From positions 4,802-36,907 of the forward strand of contig MU271634.1 in NCBI GenBank assembly GCA_021432655.1: a stretch of 32,106 nucleotides of DNA. Direction: 5' to 3'. The position numbers and the translations under genes are program-made. Position 1 is the stretch's first letter. The number at the start of each line of letters is the position of its first letter. The notes under the pieces were generated by a model that worked only from the letters and a program-made list of their open reading frames with translations, did not search any database and was not told where the DNA came from. The stretch comes from Atractiella rhizophila (Eukaryota). Shown here piece by piece: positions 22,628 through 32,106 of the stretch.

Positions 22628-25600
22628 CTAACCACTGAAAACCGTTACTCTGAAATTTGTAATGCCAGGATAGACTTTGATAGGTATTGAACACTCCACC
22701 GTCTCCACTTTCGCCGGTACGAGAACGGTTTCTGCCCCTCCGTTCAAGGTTTTCGCTACCGATCCAATATTTGGCGACGAGGGAGAACTCTTGTGTGCTC
22801 TCCGGATATTATCACTGCTCGACCGACGGGATGGAGGTCGCGGCCGCGTTTCTTCAGGTGTAAAGATGACAGGGACGTAGCTGAGGTCAGGAACAGCACG
22901 ATAAGACGTTGACCGGGAGTTAGGATCCTGACTTTGGTGTGGAAGAGGCATCAGATGGGGAACAGTGACGTTGTTGTTCTGCGGTGCAGAGATTGAGATG
23001 GAGGGTTGGAAGCCAAAGGCGTAGGACTTTGAACGGCCATGCGAGCGGGAAGGCGTCCGGGAGACATTGGAGCCTTTGGGAGATGGAGAGGGCGGAACCA
23101 CTTGAAAGGACAGCCGAACGCTCCATTGGAGCTTCACTGTATAGCATCATGAGATAACACGAAGTAATAAAAGGGGTAACGTACCACCACTGGTGGCGAA
23201 ATCGGGCGTCCCTCCGCTGGGTATCGATAGGGCAAATCCAACCCTTCTCATGTCCAACGTCATTTGGTGAAATTCTGAATGTAGCCGCCTAGTTGCCTGC
23301 TTACTCTGAGGCGTTGTTTTTGTAGAGATGGAGGTTTCTATGAGTTCGTGAGTTTCCAGGCGTGCAGACACCTATAGTCGATTAGCAAGGACGTGGCTAC
23401 CGATACGAACCGAACTTACTCGCAATACCCGTCCCTGACCACCGTTAATTAGCACAAGGCCATTCACAGTTTCTCCCAGTCTGTATGAACTTTTGACTAA
23501 TATTAAATGGGCCACATTAAAGCCATCTTTGTTAATATCAAAGGAGGCTGTAGAACACAATCAGTACACAGCTTGGGGAGAATGAGAGCAGGATGTACCT
23601 TTCGGCGAATTTCTAGTTACAATCTCCACTGCAGTCTTGCAACCTTGTTCTTCTGTATCTGCTTCCCTCTCACCTGCGTCGCTCTTGGTCCTGGATTTCA
23701 TTTCCGGACGATCCTGTGGCCCACCTTCGGCGAGAGGAGAGTAGTAGCGAGGGGCGGGCACATCGAGAGCGGCTCGATCCTCGTTGAAAGAGCGAAGGAG
23801 GCGAAGAGCATAAGCTTCGAATTCACTGCGACCGTTTCCTAAGGCCAGCTGAGATTTACATCGCAAGGTAAAAGTGGTAATATACCTTGACGAGTTTCCC
23901 GCTTCTGGAATCCCAAATCATCGGGCGAAGTCACCTTCGCCTCATCTTTGTGATAGACAATCGGATTAGTCAAGTCGTAGAATGCACGGGCACCCGTCAC
24001 TAGGACCGCCTTGAGAGTAGATCGAAAAGCACGGGCAGAGACGTACCTGCAACATGGTTGTATATTCGGATAGGAACTCGTAGGACGCGTGAAATTTGTG
24101 GACCTCCGGTTGCGTGAACCCGGTTCGTGCCTACTGAGAGCTGGTACGAAAATTTAATCGCCTTTCCTTTGAAAGAAGGAGGCAAATCAGCTGGCAGTCG
24201 AATTTCGTAATTATCTGCCATCGCCTGAGGCATAAGTGCCTACTATTGTAAGTCGAAAAACAACGCACTCACATGTTTTCTCCTCTCCAGGCTCGAGTAG
24301 CAAGTCGACTGCCAGAATAGATGGCGGAGTGCTGAAAACCGGTATCCCTTTCTTCCTTAAAGCTTCCCTCCTCCTCTCCTCCAAACTACCTTCCCCAGCA
24401 GCTTCCTTCTCTCGCCGATTCGGCGCAGCGGCTCCCCACAACCAACCCATCCATCCCCCTCCTGAGCTTCTATCCACACTCTCCACGTTCTCAGCACGAC
24501 CATATTCGTTGGTCGACATGAACTCAGGATTAAGAGATCCGCCTCCAATTGCGCCTATAGGGCTGCCTGACCGACTACGAGATGGCATCAACAAAGAGTT
24601 CTTGACTTCCCAAAACTCTCCAGGTTTGATGAGCTCTGGATCGACCTCGAAGTTACCTTCGAGCTGAGCGAAGGACCAGAGGAGCCTCTCTGTCCCCGGT
24701 GGCGTTCTATTCCCTCCACGGTGATTGGGCCGCCGTGCTCCAGCTCGTGAGTCCATATCTGAAACATCTGAGAAAGCCGAAGATGACCTCCGCATCATAC
24801 CGAGCCCAGGTTTCGAAGCAGGGTTCGGGCTAGGACTTTGGCTGTGAATGTACGGGCTTCCAAACCGACTGGGAGGTCCAGGGAGATTAGCCCAATCTTG
24901 AACACCTTCTCGAAACACAGTCGACATTGTGTCATTTCTCGCCAGGTTGTAAAAGTCGTGAGATACCCCTGAGCGCTGACTCATTGTCTCGAACTCGTCC
25001 TCTTCGACGGTGTCTAATGGGAGAGAAGACTTAGAGGTATTTCGAGAGAGATGCGATTCTGGAGAAGCGGTATTACTTCGACTGATGGATGGACCTTGAC
25101 TGGAGGTGGTGCTGTCGCGCAGAGGGGATGACGAAAGGGGGAGTGACGACTTGCGCAATGGGGAAGGGGATGGCATTGAAATGTGTGCCGCAGTAGCAGA
25201 GTTGTGATTGGAGCTGTCTGATAATGTGGACGGAAACTGTAGCGAGGTCGCTGGTGCAGTCTGCGGGTCTTCCAAGAGCTTTGCCCCTAAGAACTTGTCA
25301 AAATCTGCCTTTCAGCTCGTCCAACGATGTAGCAAGAGATGACAGAAGGTTTCTGTGGAACAGTATTTTATCAAATTTCTGAAGTTTGCACAGATAAAAC
25401 CAGGTTGCCCGAATAACTAAGGAATAAAACAAATGTTCCGTTCAGAGATAGCGTGTTTCCGTGCTGGTAGGGCAAGGAGCAGATAGGTTGGCAATAAAGA
25501 GTTAAAGAGACTGATTGTGTATTCTTTCCAAATATCAGGTACCACGAGAAAAAGATGTTAAGACACAGCACCCGGGATTCTTCTAGGTGTAAACATATCC

Positions 25601-26533
25601 TTTCCTCGGTTCAAACCAACCAGCCCTGAGCAGATCCCCTGATGCGCTGCACGAATGGTAGGAGGTACAGGTAAAGCGCGAGTGCCGTTCCTTGCACAAA
25701 TCAAGTTCGTGATCTTATAAAGGAAAGGACATCAATGTACTAAAACACGTGTCCGTCTTCTGCCCTAAAAGTAAGTCCTTCTTAGATGTCAAGTTTCCTT
25801 CATAATCAGCCTAGGAAAGAGGCAACCTCCTCACCTTGCAGAAGGTGCCCACCTTGCAGAAGGTGCCCACCTTGCAGAAGGTGCCCACCTTGCTCTTTTG
25901 GTCATTACTCCGAGCACCGCTGTGTTAAGATATAACAGGCAGAAAAACAGCTCCCACACATTCTCATGCACAAAACAAGAAGAGAATTCAACATGTCCCA
26001 AACAAGCCAACGATCGTCACTGTGAACTACTCACCTGGCACGTTAACTACAGTCCTATTCCTCCTATGTTCCTTGCCTGGAACTCGTCGTTCCTCATAAA
26101 TGCTCCGCTTCCTCTCCCTCGGCTTGCCCACCAACCCCTTCCTTTCCATCCCTGCCATCCTCCCATCTCTACCTCCCACTGCCTGCGGTGTTGTAGGTAC
26201 CTGCCACCCCTCCAATCCTGCGGTCGGTGGAACATCGATTGACACCTCATCTTCCTCTATAGACCGCAAAGAGAGGGCCTTCTTCATTCCCTCCGCTGAC
26301 AATCCGCTGACCACTCCGGAACTCGGGATCGCGAGCGACTGGACCCGCCCATGCCTCCCTCCTGCCGCATTTCCTAAAGGATGCGAGGTAGGATAAAAGG
26401 ACGAAGTAGGAGGTGGTGGTGGTGGGCAGGTGTTCCGGAAGGTAAGAGTAAAAGATAGTAATTCCCCTGCAAAGAAGGAGGATGAGGAGGGGAGGATCGA
26501 TACTTGGATGTGCGACTGTGCGGAGGGTGCCAT
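22628..26533 (-). CDS. RGP1: Rgp1, subunit of the Ric1-Rgp1 GEF for Ypt6/Rab6
   Basis: N-terminal FFAGELLSFTLTFRN; LLWSFAQLEGNFEVD; PVFSTPPSILAVDLLLEPGE; IRLPADLPPSFKGKAIKFSYQLSVG; KSSYRLGETV; TPDFATSG...LQWSVRLSF; ETVECSIPIKVYP. First intron 26034-25287 (748 nt). Confidence 0.92.
25832..25893. repeat. Perfect tandem repeat, about 3.4 x 18 bp (CACCTTGCAGAAGGTGCC), in RGP1 intron 1
   Basis: Identical units start at 25832, 25850 and 25868, with a partial unit at 25886. Each unit contains the inverted repeat CACCTT-GCAG-AAGGTG. Confidence 0.97.
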
Positions 26534-27528
26534 TTCGTTTTGGCCGGGGGAAGAGATTGCACGAGGCGGAGTGAAAAGTTGAGAAGGAGAATAGAAGCAC
26601 TGGTCAAATTCCTCAATTCGTCGTTTTCACCGGATCCGGTCTGCAGTTAGCCCCTCGAGCATTTTTGCCCTTCTCGCTGGCTGGCAACTTCTCAATGCAG
26701 CAGGAAATGAAGATATGCCAGTGCGTCGTCTCACACGTTTCGCCTGACGTTCTCCGACTTCTGTTCTGCTATATTTCATGTCTTATAAGGGAACACCACG
26801 AGCATGATAGCGCAGATAGTGGTTAGGGCTGGCCCAAAGCTTTGAAGTTGAACTGGGGCAATGGATGATAATAGGCACTGTGTTTTTTCCGTCATCATAT
26901 GTGTACTTCACGAAGATGCTGTGCCAAAGCCTTTACTTGATATGTGGCGCGTTCAAGGCTGTTGGCAGGATGGAGCCAGCCCTGCTTCGGAGCCTCACCC
27001 TTTTTAGCTCTATCCTAACGGTCCGGAACGCAGGCGTTGATCTGCATGTGTATTTGAGGCGTTAGTGGAAGTATTTCCTTTCCTGATTCGTGAATATTAA
27101 ATAATCGTGATGTTACCCCGCATTAGTTACTGTAACTTGTCCATTTCTCCTCTGAAGAAGATGAGGACAGGTTAAGTCCGTCAGCGTGCTCCTTCGTTCA
27201 AATATATTACATTAAGCCGCAGATTCAATAGCTACATGTCATTGAGCTGTCAAATTCGCTGCCGCAGCCCAGACGCCTGTAGAGACCAGGTCCGCGATCC
27301 CTCGCCATGGTGCGATGACGTTCTTCAAGCTCGCACCCCGCGCACGAATTGAAGGTCCCACACCCGTTTTGGTGATCCCCACTGTCTCACTATCCTTAGT
27401 CTCCATGCCGCCTATCGTCCGCTCCACAGTTCCCATAAAAGAGCATTTCCTGTCTTGCTTTCAAATTCCCCAGTCACGTCCCTTCACGAATTGACGTTAT
27501 CCAGTATTTTACGGTGACACGAAAGAGA

Positions 27529-29036
27529 ATGCGAGTCCTCACCTTCTCCCTCCTTTCCTTCGCATTTGCCGTCACGGTCTTCGGACTTCCCTCGCTGGAG
27601 AAAAGAGATTGGGATTTTGAGAACTCGAAAAGCGATGGCTTGAAGTTGCACGACGTATCGGCGCCGGATGGCAGCATTAAGATGCAATTCCTCGAATTGG
27701 GAGCCACGGCACATGCGCTTTGGGTTCCTGATCGGTATGGAGATTGGAGGGATGTTTTGTTAGGTTATGATAATTTGGTTTGTTCTTCCTCTCTCTCTCT
27801 TTGCGTGGGCGACAATTCATCTAACACGATGACGACAGACGCAGTATACGGAACGAGGATTCTTTGGCCCGGTCGTGGGACGGTATGCAAACCGAATCCA
27901 AAATGGTCTGCATCATTTCCTTCTCGTGTGTCATACAATTTGCTAATGTATCGGGGAGTAGGAACATTTTCCATCCCTCCTACTCGGAACACCACGAACC
28001 AAACTGAAGGCGTGACCGTCTATCACACGCCTACGAACGAGCACGATGGAGCGAATACCTTGCATGGTGGGTACAACGGATACGATCTACGACCCTTCAA
28101 AGTGCTGTCAAGCTCGAAGAGTCAAATCGTCTTCGGCCTCCAAGATCCAGCTGGAGAACAGGGCTTCCCGGGAAAGGTCACCACAAGAGTGACCTACACG
28201 TTGAAGAATGGAGGGGTCTGGGATGTAAAGTTCGAATCGAAGGCTTGGGAGAAAACCCCCATTTTGCTTAGTAGTCACGCGTTTTGGAATTTGGACGCAT
28301 ACCATAACTACAACGATGTCTCCTTCATCGATTCCCATCACCTCAAATTGGCAGGGGATAGGGTCATTGCTACTGACCCAATCCTCATTCCTACGGGTAA
28401 GACTCCGTTCCTTCTCTAGGATATCTGGACAGTATGTTGATGTGATTGATCAACAGGCGATATCATTCATGTTGATGATGTCCCCGCTTTCGATTTCAGG
28501 AAGGGAATGAAACTCGGGACCTTTATCCACAACGGGTCCACGGATGGGTTTTGCGGCGGTGGTTGTTCTGGGTACGCATTTTTTCACTTCTGCTCTGTAT
28601 TCTTGAAACTAAGTGTTTGAACAAATGGAAGTTACGACAATTGCTGGCCTTATGCTGACTCTGCGATTGGCAAGAATGAGCCGCAAATGTCCTTGTGGTC
28701 AGATAACTCTGGGATCCGGTGCGTCTGCTCTTCTCCATTCGGCTACTTGAACTCATAATGAACCTTAACAGGTTGGATATCACTACGAACCAGATTGCAG
28801 GCCAAGTCTACTCCTGCAACGGTATCAATAGCACGGCGATTCCCCGGAAGAAGTCGCAAGGAGGACCAGAAGCTGGTAATTACGATTATCAGACGTGTAT
28901 CGTGTTGGAGCAGGAGAGTTGGATTGCGGCCATCAATAACCCTCAGTGGGGCATTGATCAAATTTACGGACCGGGGACGAAGAATGGAGAGTATTATACT
29001 TGGTGGGCACATCACAAATTTAGCACTTGGCGATGA
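27529..29036 (+). CDS. Secreted aldose 1-epimerase (galactose mutarotase-like) family protein
   Basis: Signal peptide MRVLTFSLLSFAFAVTVFG plus a propeptide ending KR. Motifs WVPDRYGDWRDVLLGYD, spliced FFGPVVGRYANRIQNGTF, NTLHGG, GFPG, SSHAFWNLD, LIPTG, QVYSCN and CIVLEQESWIAAINNPQWG. Confidence 0.92.
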
Positions 29037-29302
29037 GCAAGTTTTAAGAATGGACTCTGATTTGGAGGATACCAATTTCAATGCAATGATTCAGCTCTTA
29101 TTTGTTCGCTCTAGTTTGAGGAGCATATGCCGATCGGAGCTAGGTGTAAAGGTGTAAAAATGTGACAACATGTAATTGCTTGTTGGATATATCAGTGCTA
29201 AGGGATCTTTGGTTGGAGAAGGTAGAGAAGAACATGACCAGAAATAGTTATCATCACTGTACATCCACAACCTTTGCTCAAGCCGAATCTCCAATCCATT
29301 CC

Positions 29303-29962
29303 TCAACCATACACTAGCCTAAAACGCCATGTCATGAGTACCGATGGAAAGTTACACGGAGGGTACGAACCGAAAGACATCATTGAATATAAAATAACTC
29401 TTCTGATCTTCGGTCGGGATAAGCTGGAAGATTTGTGAGTAGTTCATTGGGTGCGCGCCATCATCCACCTTGGCACATTATCAGGAGGGCGAAATTAAGG
29501 AGGAACGGTACGAACGAGTAGTTGACCAGTTACAAGGACGATGAGAGACGCAATACCAGGGTTTGAGGGCTGGGCATCGAGGGTGGTGATTTTGTGCTGG
29601 ACCTTCTGGAAAGGAAGAGACTGTGGGCATCAACCCCATCAGCGACCATTTTTGTGACTGATCAAACAACAAGGACTTCGCAAGCCGTCATCGCGACCTT
29701 GACGCATCCAAATTTCCGCTGACTAGGTGTAGGGACTCACTGTAAGCTTGGTGAGGATGTTAGAAGCACCCTGAATCTGCTCCGACTCCCATGTAAGCAT
29801 GGAGTTATCCCTGTAGAGATTCCCCAGGCCGGTCCTGTCCGTGTCAAAGGTGTTGTAATAGAAATCGGTGAATTGTTTCGCTATCTCTATTCCCGATCGA
29901 TAGTCACCATGAAGGCTCTGTAAAAGATACAAGCACTCACCATCAATGTTTGCGTTCGCCAT
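29303..29962 (-). CDS. NTF2: Nuclear transport factor 2
   Basis: [33 protein letters not shown]...[10 protein letters not shown]...LVTGQL...YSQIFQLIP...[13 protein letters not shown], spliced through short GT-AG introns. Stop at 29305-29303. Confidence 0.95.
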
Positions 29963-30117
29963 GTTGGAACTTCGAGAAACGATGACTTGCAGAGATGGTC
30001 GCTTGAAGATGGCGAGACGGACAGGTGAATCAGGTACGCACGCCGCGTCTGCATTTTCCTCCGGGCCTGCCGCAAAGCAACAACTAAAAGGGTACCTTGT
30101 TGTCTGTTACAATATAC

Positions 30118-30198
30118 GGGGTTGTAGCTCATCGGTAGAGCGTTCGCTTAGCAACTCCTGCCTGCGAAAGGTACTGGGTTCGATACCCAGCTACTCCA
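30118..30198 (+). tRNA. tRNA-Ala (anticodon AGC) with a 9-nt intron (30154-30162)
   Basis: Acceptor stem GGGGTTG/CTACTCC with G3:U70 alanine identity pair and discriminator A. D arm GCTC...GAGC. Anticodon stem TTCGC/GCGAA with AGC at 30150-30152 and an intron after position 37. T arm CTGGG-TTCGATA-CCCAG. Confidence 0.96.
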
Positions 30199-30199
30199 C

Positions 30200-30204
30200 T
30201 TTTT
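30200..30204 (+). terminator. RNA polymerase III oligo-T terminator of tRNA-Ala
   Basis: TTTTT begins 2 nt after the tRNA discriminator base. Confidence 0.8.
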
Positions 30205-30929
30205 GTTTGCCTCCTCCTTCATTTCACATGACGACTCACATGCCAATGCCAAGCTTAATTCCTCCAGCCTTCTGGGACCTGTTTACCACAACAATCCAAC
30301 TGCAACAGCAATTGCACTGCTGATATAATATAGTGAATACAAACAATACCCTCTCTGGGTTACCCTAATGTGCTGTTGTTCCATCTGTCACTTTGACCGT
30401 CCGTCCGCCACAGCTCAGGGTCGCGGAGGTCCCTCCTCGTTCTCCTTTTTATATCACCTTCAAACTCACCGCTCTCCGCTTGCTCTCCGAAACTTTGAAA
30501 CCTTTTCAAAGGCGACCCATCTCAAGCTATCAGTTGGCTCGATCTGCCCAACCGAGAGGTTCGCTAATGCTCGGTCCGCGTGGTCCCCAGAAGTATATCT
30601 TATATCTATTCTGCAGCTGCGACGGTGCGACCGCCAGCGATTTCGCGGCTCATTTTCTATAAAGACGGCTGCAGGGCCAGAAATCCGTTCACAGGAACGA
30701 GATCTGAGCAAGAGAAGCCGAACGATCGAGTTGGGGGTGTTACAGGTTCACCTTGATACGCGTTCAAAATCAAGCTTCAAGCTCTACGTTTACTATTGAC
30801 TGCTTATGTGGGTGCGTAATCGGCTTGTCAAGTTCTCCCCGTCATAAAGCCTGCATCGGTGCTGAATATTGTCTGCAGTTTGCTCATCATCACTTGGCAG
30901 CAGCACGAGCGAACGAGAAAGCGATCATC

Positions 30930-32106
30930 ATGATTTCCAAGCTGATCCCTCCCACCGCACCTCCAACTCCTCCTCCCGACCTCTCCAACAATCTCTCTTA
31001 CTGCCGTGAATCAGGATGCAACTGTCCGGTCTATGAAGCTCCAGCTCAAGCCAACATCACTGGCACTCGTTGCGACCTTTGCGAGCATGAGCTCTACTGG
31101 CACCACAGGCGAGTTTCGCTAAGTGCGGTGGAGATTTCGAAGGCGATGGCAGCGACGGGACATGCTTTGGAGCACTGCAAGAGCAAGGAGTGTCGGTGTC
31201 CGGTGTGGGTTGGGGATAATGGAGCACTGGATGGAGAGGGAACCAACTGCTTCCTTTGTGGCCACAAGTTGGGCTGGCACAAGGCTTCAGTCGATCGAGC
31301 GAAGGAGAGGGAGTGCAATGCCTCGCCATCGGAGGCACCGAAGAACAAACCGTTGCCCATGCCAGACTTCAACAACAGCTCCACATCCTTCCTCTCCACC
31401 CCCGCTACCTCCATGCGATCGAGGACGAATTCAGCCACGTCCGCACCCACTACGCGTTCGTTGCTCTCCAACATATCCTCTGCCTCTTCTAGCACTCAGT
31501 CGACCTCTCCTCCGTCTTCTTCGGGCTCCATACGCTCCCTCCCGTCGGTTGATCCTCAACTCATCGGATACCCCGCCTCTCCAACGGAGACTTCATCCAT
31601 CGCTTCCTCCTCCGCCTCAATCGCAAGCGCGATCCTCGACCCTCCTCTCCCGAACCTCATCGGTTATCCCGCTTCGATCACTTCCTCTTCCTCTTCCGTC
31701 TCAGTGTACGAGAACCTTCCAGCTCTCCATCCTGAGCTCATAGGCTATCCACCATCAACAACATCGAGCGGAAGATCGAACGCTACCTCCGTGTATCGCA
31801 ATCATCCAGCGCTCCATCCGGAGCTGATTGGTTATCCAGAATCGTCCCACTCCTCAGGAATCTCCTTCCCTCGCCTCCACCTCAGTTCCCTTCATCACAG
31901 ATCTAGCCATCCACCACATCATCCTCACCATCACCATCACGGCACATATCCTCCCCCGCACCACCATCAACATCACCCACACCAACACCAACAACACCTT
32001 GGGCACTTCCACGAAGAGTTCTCCGATTCCTACCATGACGAGTTCTACCACTCCGAGAGTGAAGAGGAGGAGGACCACACTCAATCTCTGCTAACTTCTG
32101 AGCGTT
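30930..32106 (+). CDS. Uncharacterised protein with two Cys5His2 modules, four LIGYP repeats and a His-rich tract; 3' truncated by the window end
   Basis: Open frame from ATG 30930 to the window end with no stop, so it is absent from the ORF track. Reads MISKLIPPTAPP...CRESGCNCPVY...CDLCEHELYWH...CKSKECRCPVW...CFLCGHKLGWH...LIGYP x4...HHPHHHHHG...ESEEEED. Confidence 0.85.
   Translation, partial: MISKLIPPTAPPTPPPDLSNNLSYCRESGCNCPVYEAPAQANITGTRCDLCEHELYWHHRRVSLSAVEISKAMAATGHALEHCKSKECRCPVWVGDNGALDGEGTNCFLCGHKLGWHKASVDRAKERECNASPSEAPKNKPLPMPDFNNSSTSFLSTPATSMRSRTNSATSAPTTRSLLSNISSASSSTQSTSPPSSSGSIRSLPSVDPQLIGYPASPTETSSIASSSASIASAILDPPLPNLIGYPASITSSSSSVSVYENLPALHPELIGYPPSTTSSGRSNATSVYRNHPALHPELIGYPESSHSSGISFPRLHLSSLHHRSSHPPHHPHHHHHGTYPPPHHHQHHPHQHQQHLGHFHEEFSDSYHDEFYHSESEEEEDHTQSLLTSER

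Noticed and set aside
25832..25893. CRISPR-like array
   Set aside because: Repeats are directly adjacent with no unique spacers, there are no cas genes, and the context is a eukaryotic intron.
27239..27436. 65-aa minus-strand ORF in the RGP1/epimerase intergenic region
   Set aside because: Short, no motif or splice support, and it lies in the probable promoter of the epimerase gene.
1149..30198. Functional gene cluster
   Set aside because: The genes cover unrelated housekeeping roles (APC/C, BCAA catabolism, tRNA modification, NatB, Golgi GEF, nuclear import). No biosynthetic or defence cluster logic is visible.
29946..30323. 125-aa ORF across the NTF2 promoter
   Set aside because: It overlaps the tRNA-Ala gene and the NTF2 start and shows no protein-like motif.
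31123..32094. ORF-track proteins 31123-31743, 31828-32094 and minus-strand 31094-31495
   Set aside because: Alternative-frame shadows of the open frame starting at 30930, which carries the repeated Cys/His and LIGYP motifs.

Overview
Eukaryotic, gene-dense fungal DNA, basidiomycete-like, with short spliceosomal introns of about 45-130 nt and degenerate 5' splice sites. It contains one 640-nt assembly gap. Manually spliced models give 11 genes in order: 3' end of a Con-13-like protein (+), CDC27/APC3 (+), an uncharacterised protein with a SERTA/Ecm13-like N-terminal motif (+), BCKDH E1-beta (-), PPM2/TYW4 LCMT-Kelch-JmjC (+, spans the gap), a conserved fungal P-loop/AAA+ protein (-), NAA25/MDM20 (+), RGP1 (-), a secreted aldose 1-epimerase-like protein (+), NTF2 (-), and a truncated uncharacterised gene missing from the ORF track (+). 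An intron-containing tRNA-Ala(AGC) lies between the last two. No mobile element, CRISPR or rRNA is recognisable. The most unusual signals are: five consecutive housekeeping genes that each carry one 5'-proximal intron about 10x normal size; a candidate poison exon with a clustered 5'-splice-site element in the BCKDH-beta intron; a tandem hairpin array in the RGP1 intron; and the last gene, with two Cys5His2 modules, four LIGYP repeats and a His-rich tract. Gene identities rest on motif recognition from memory and no database search was run.
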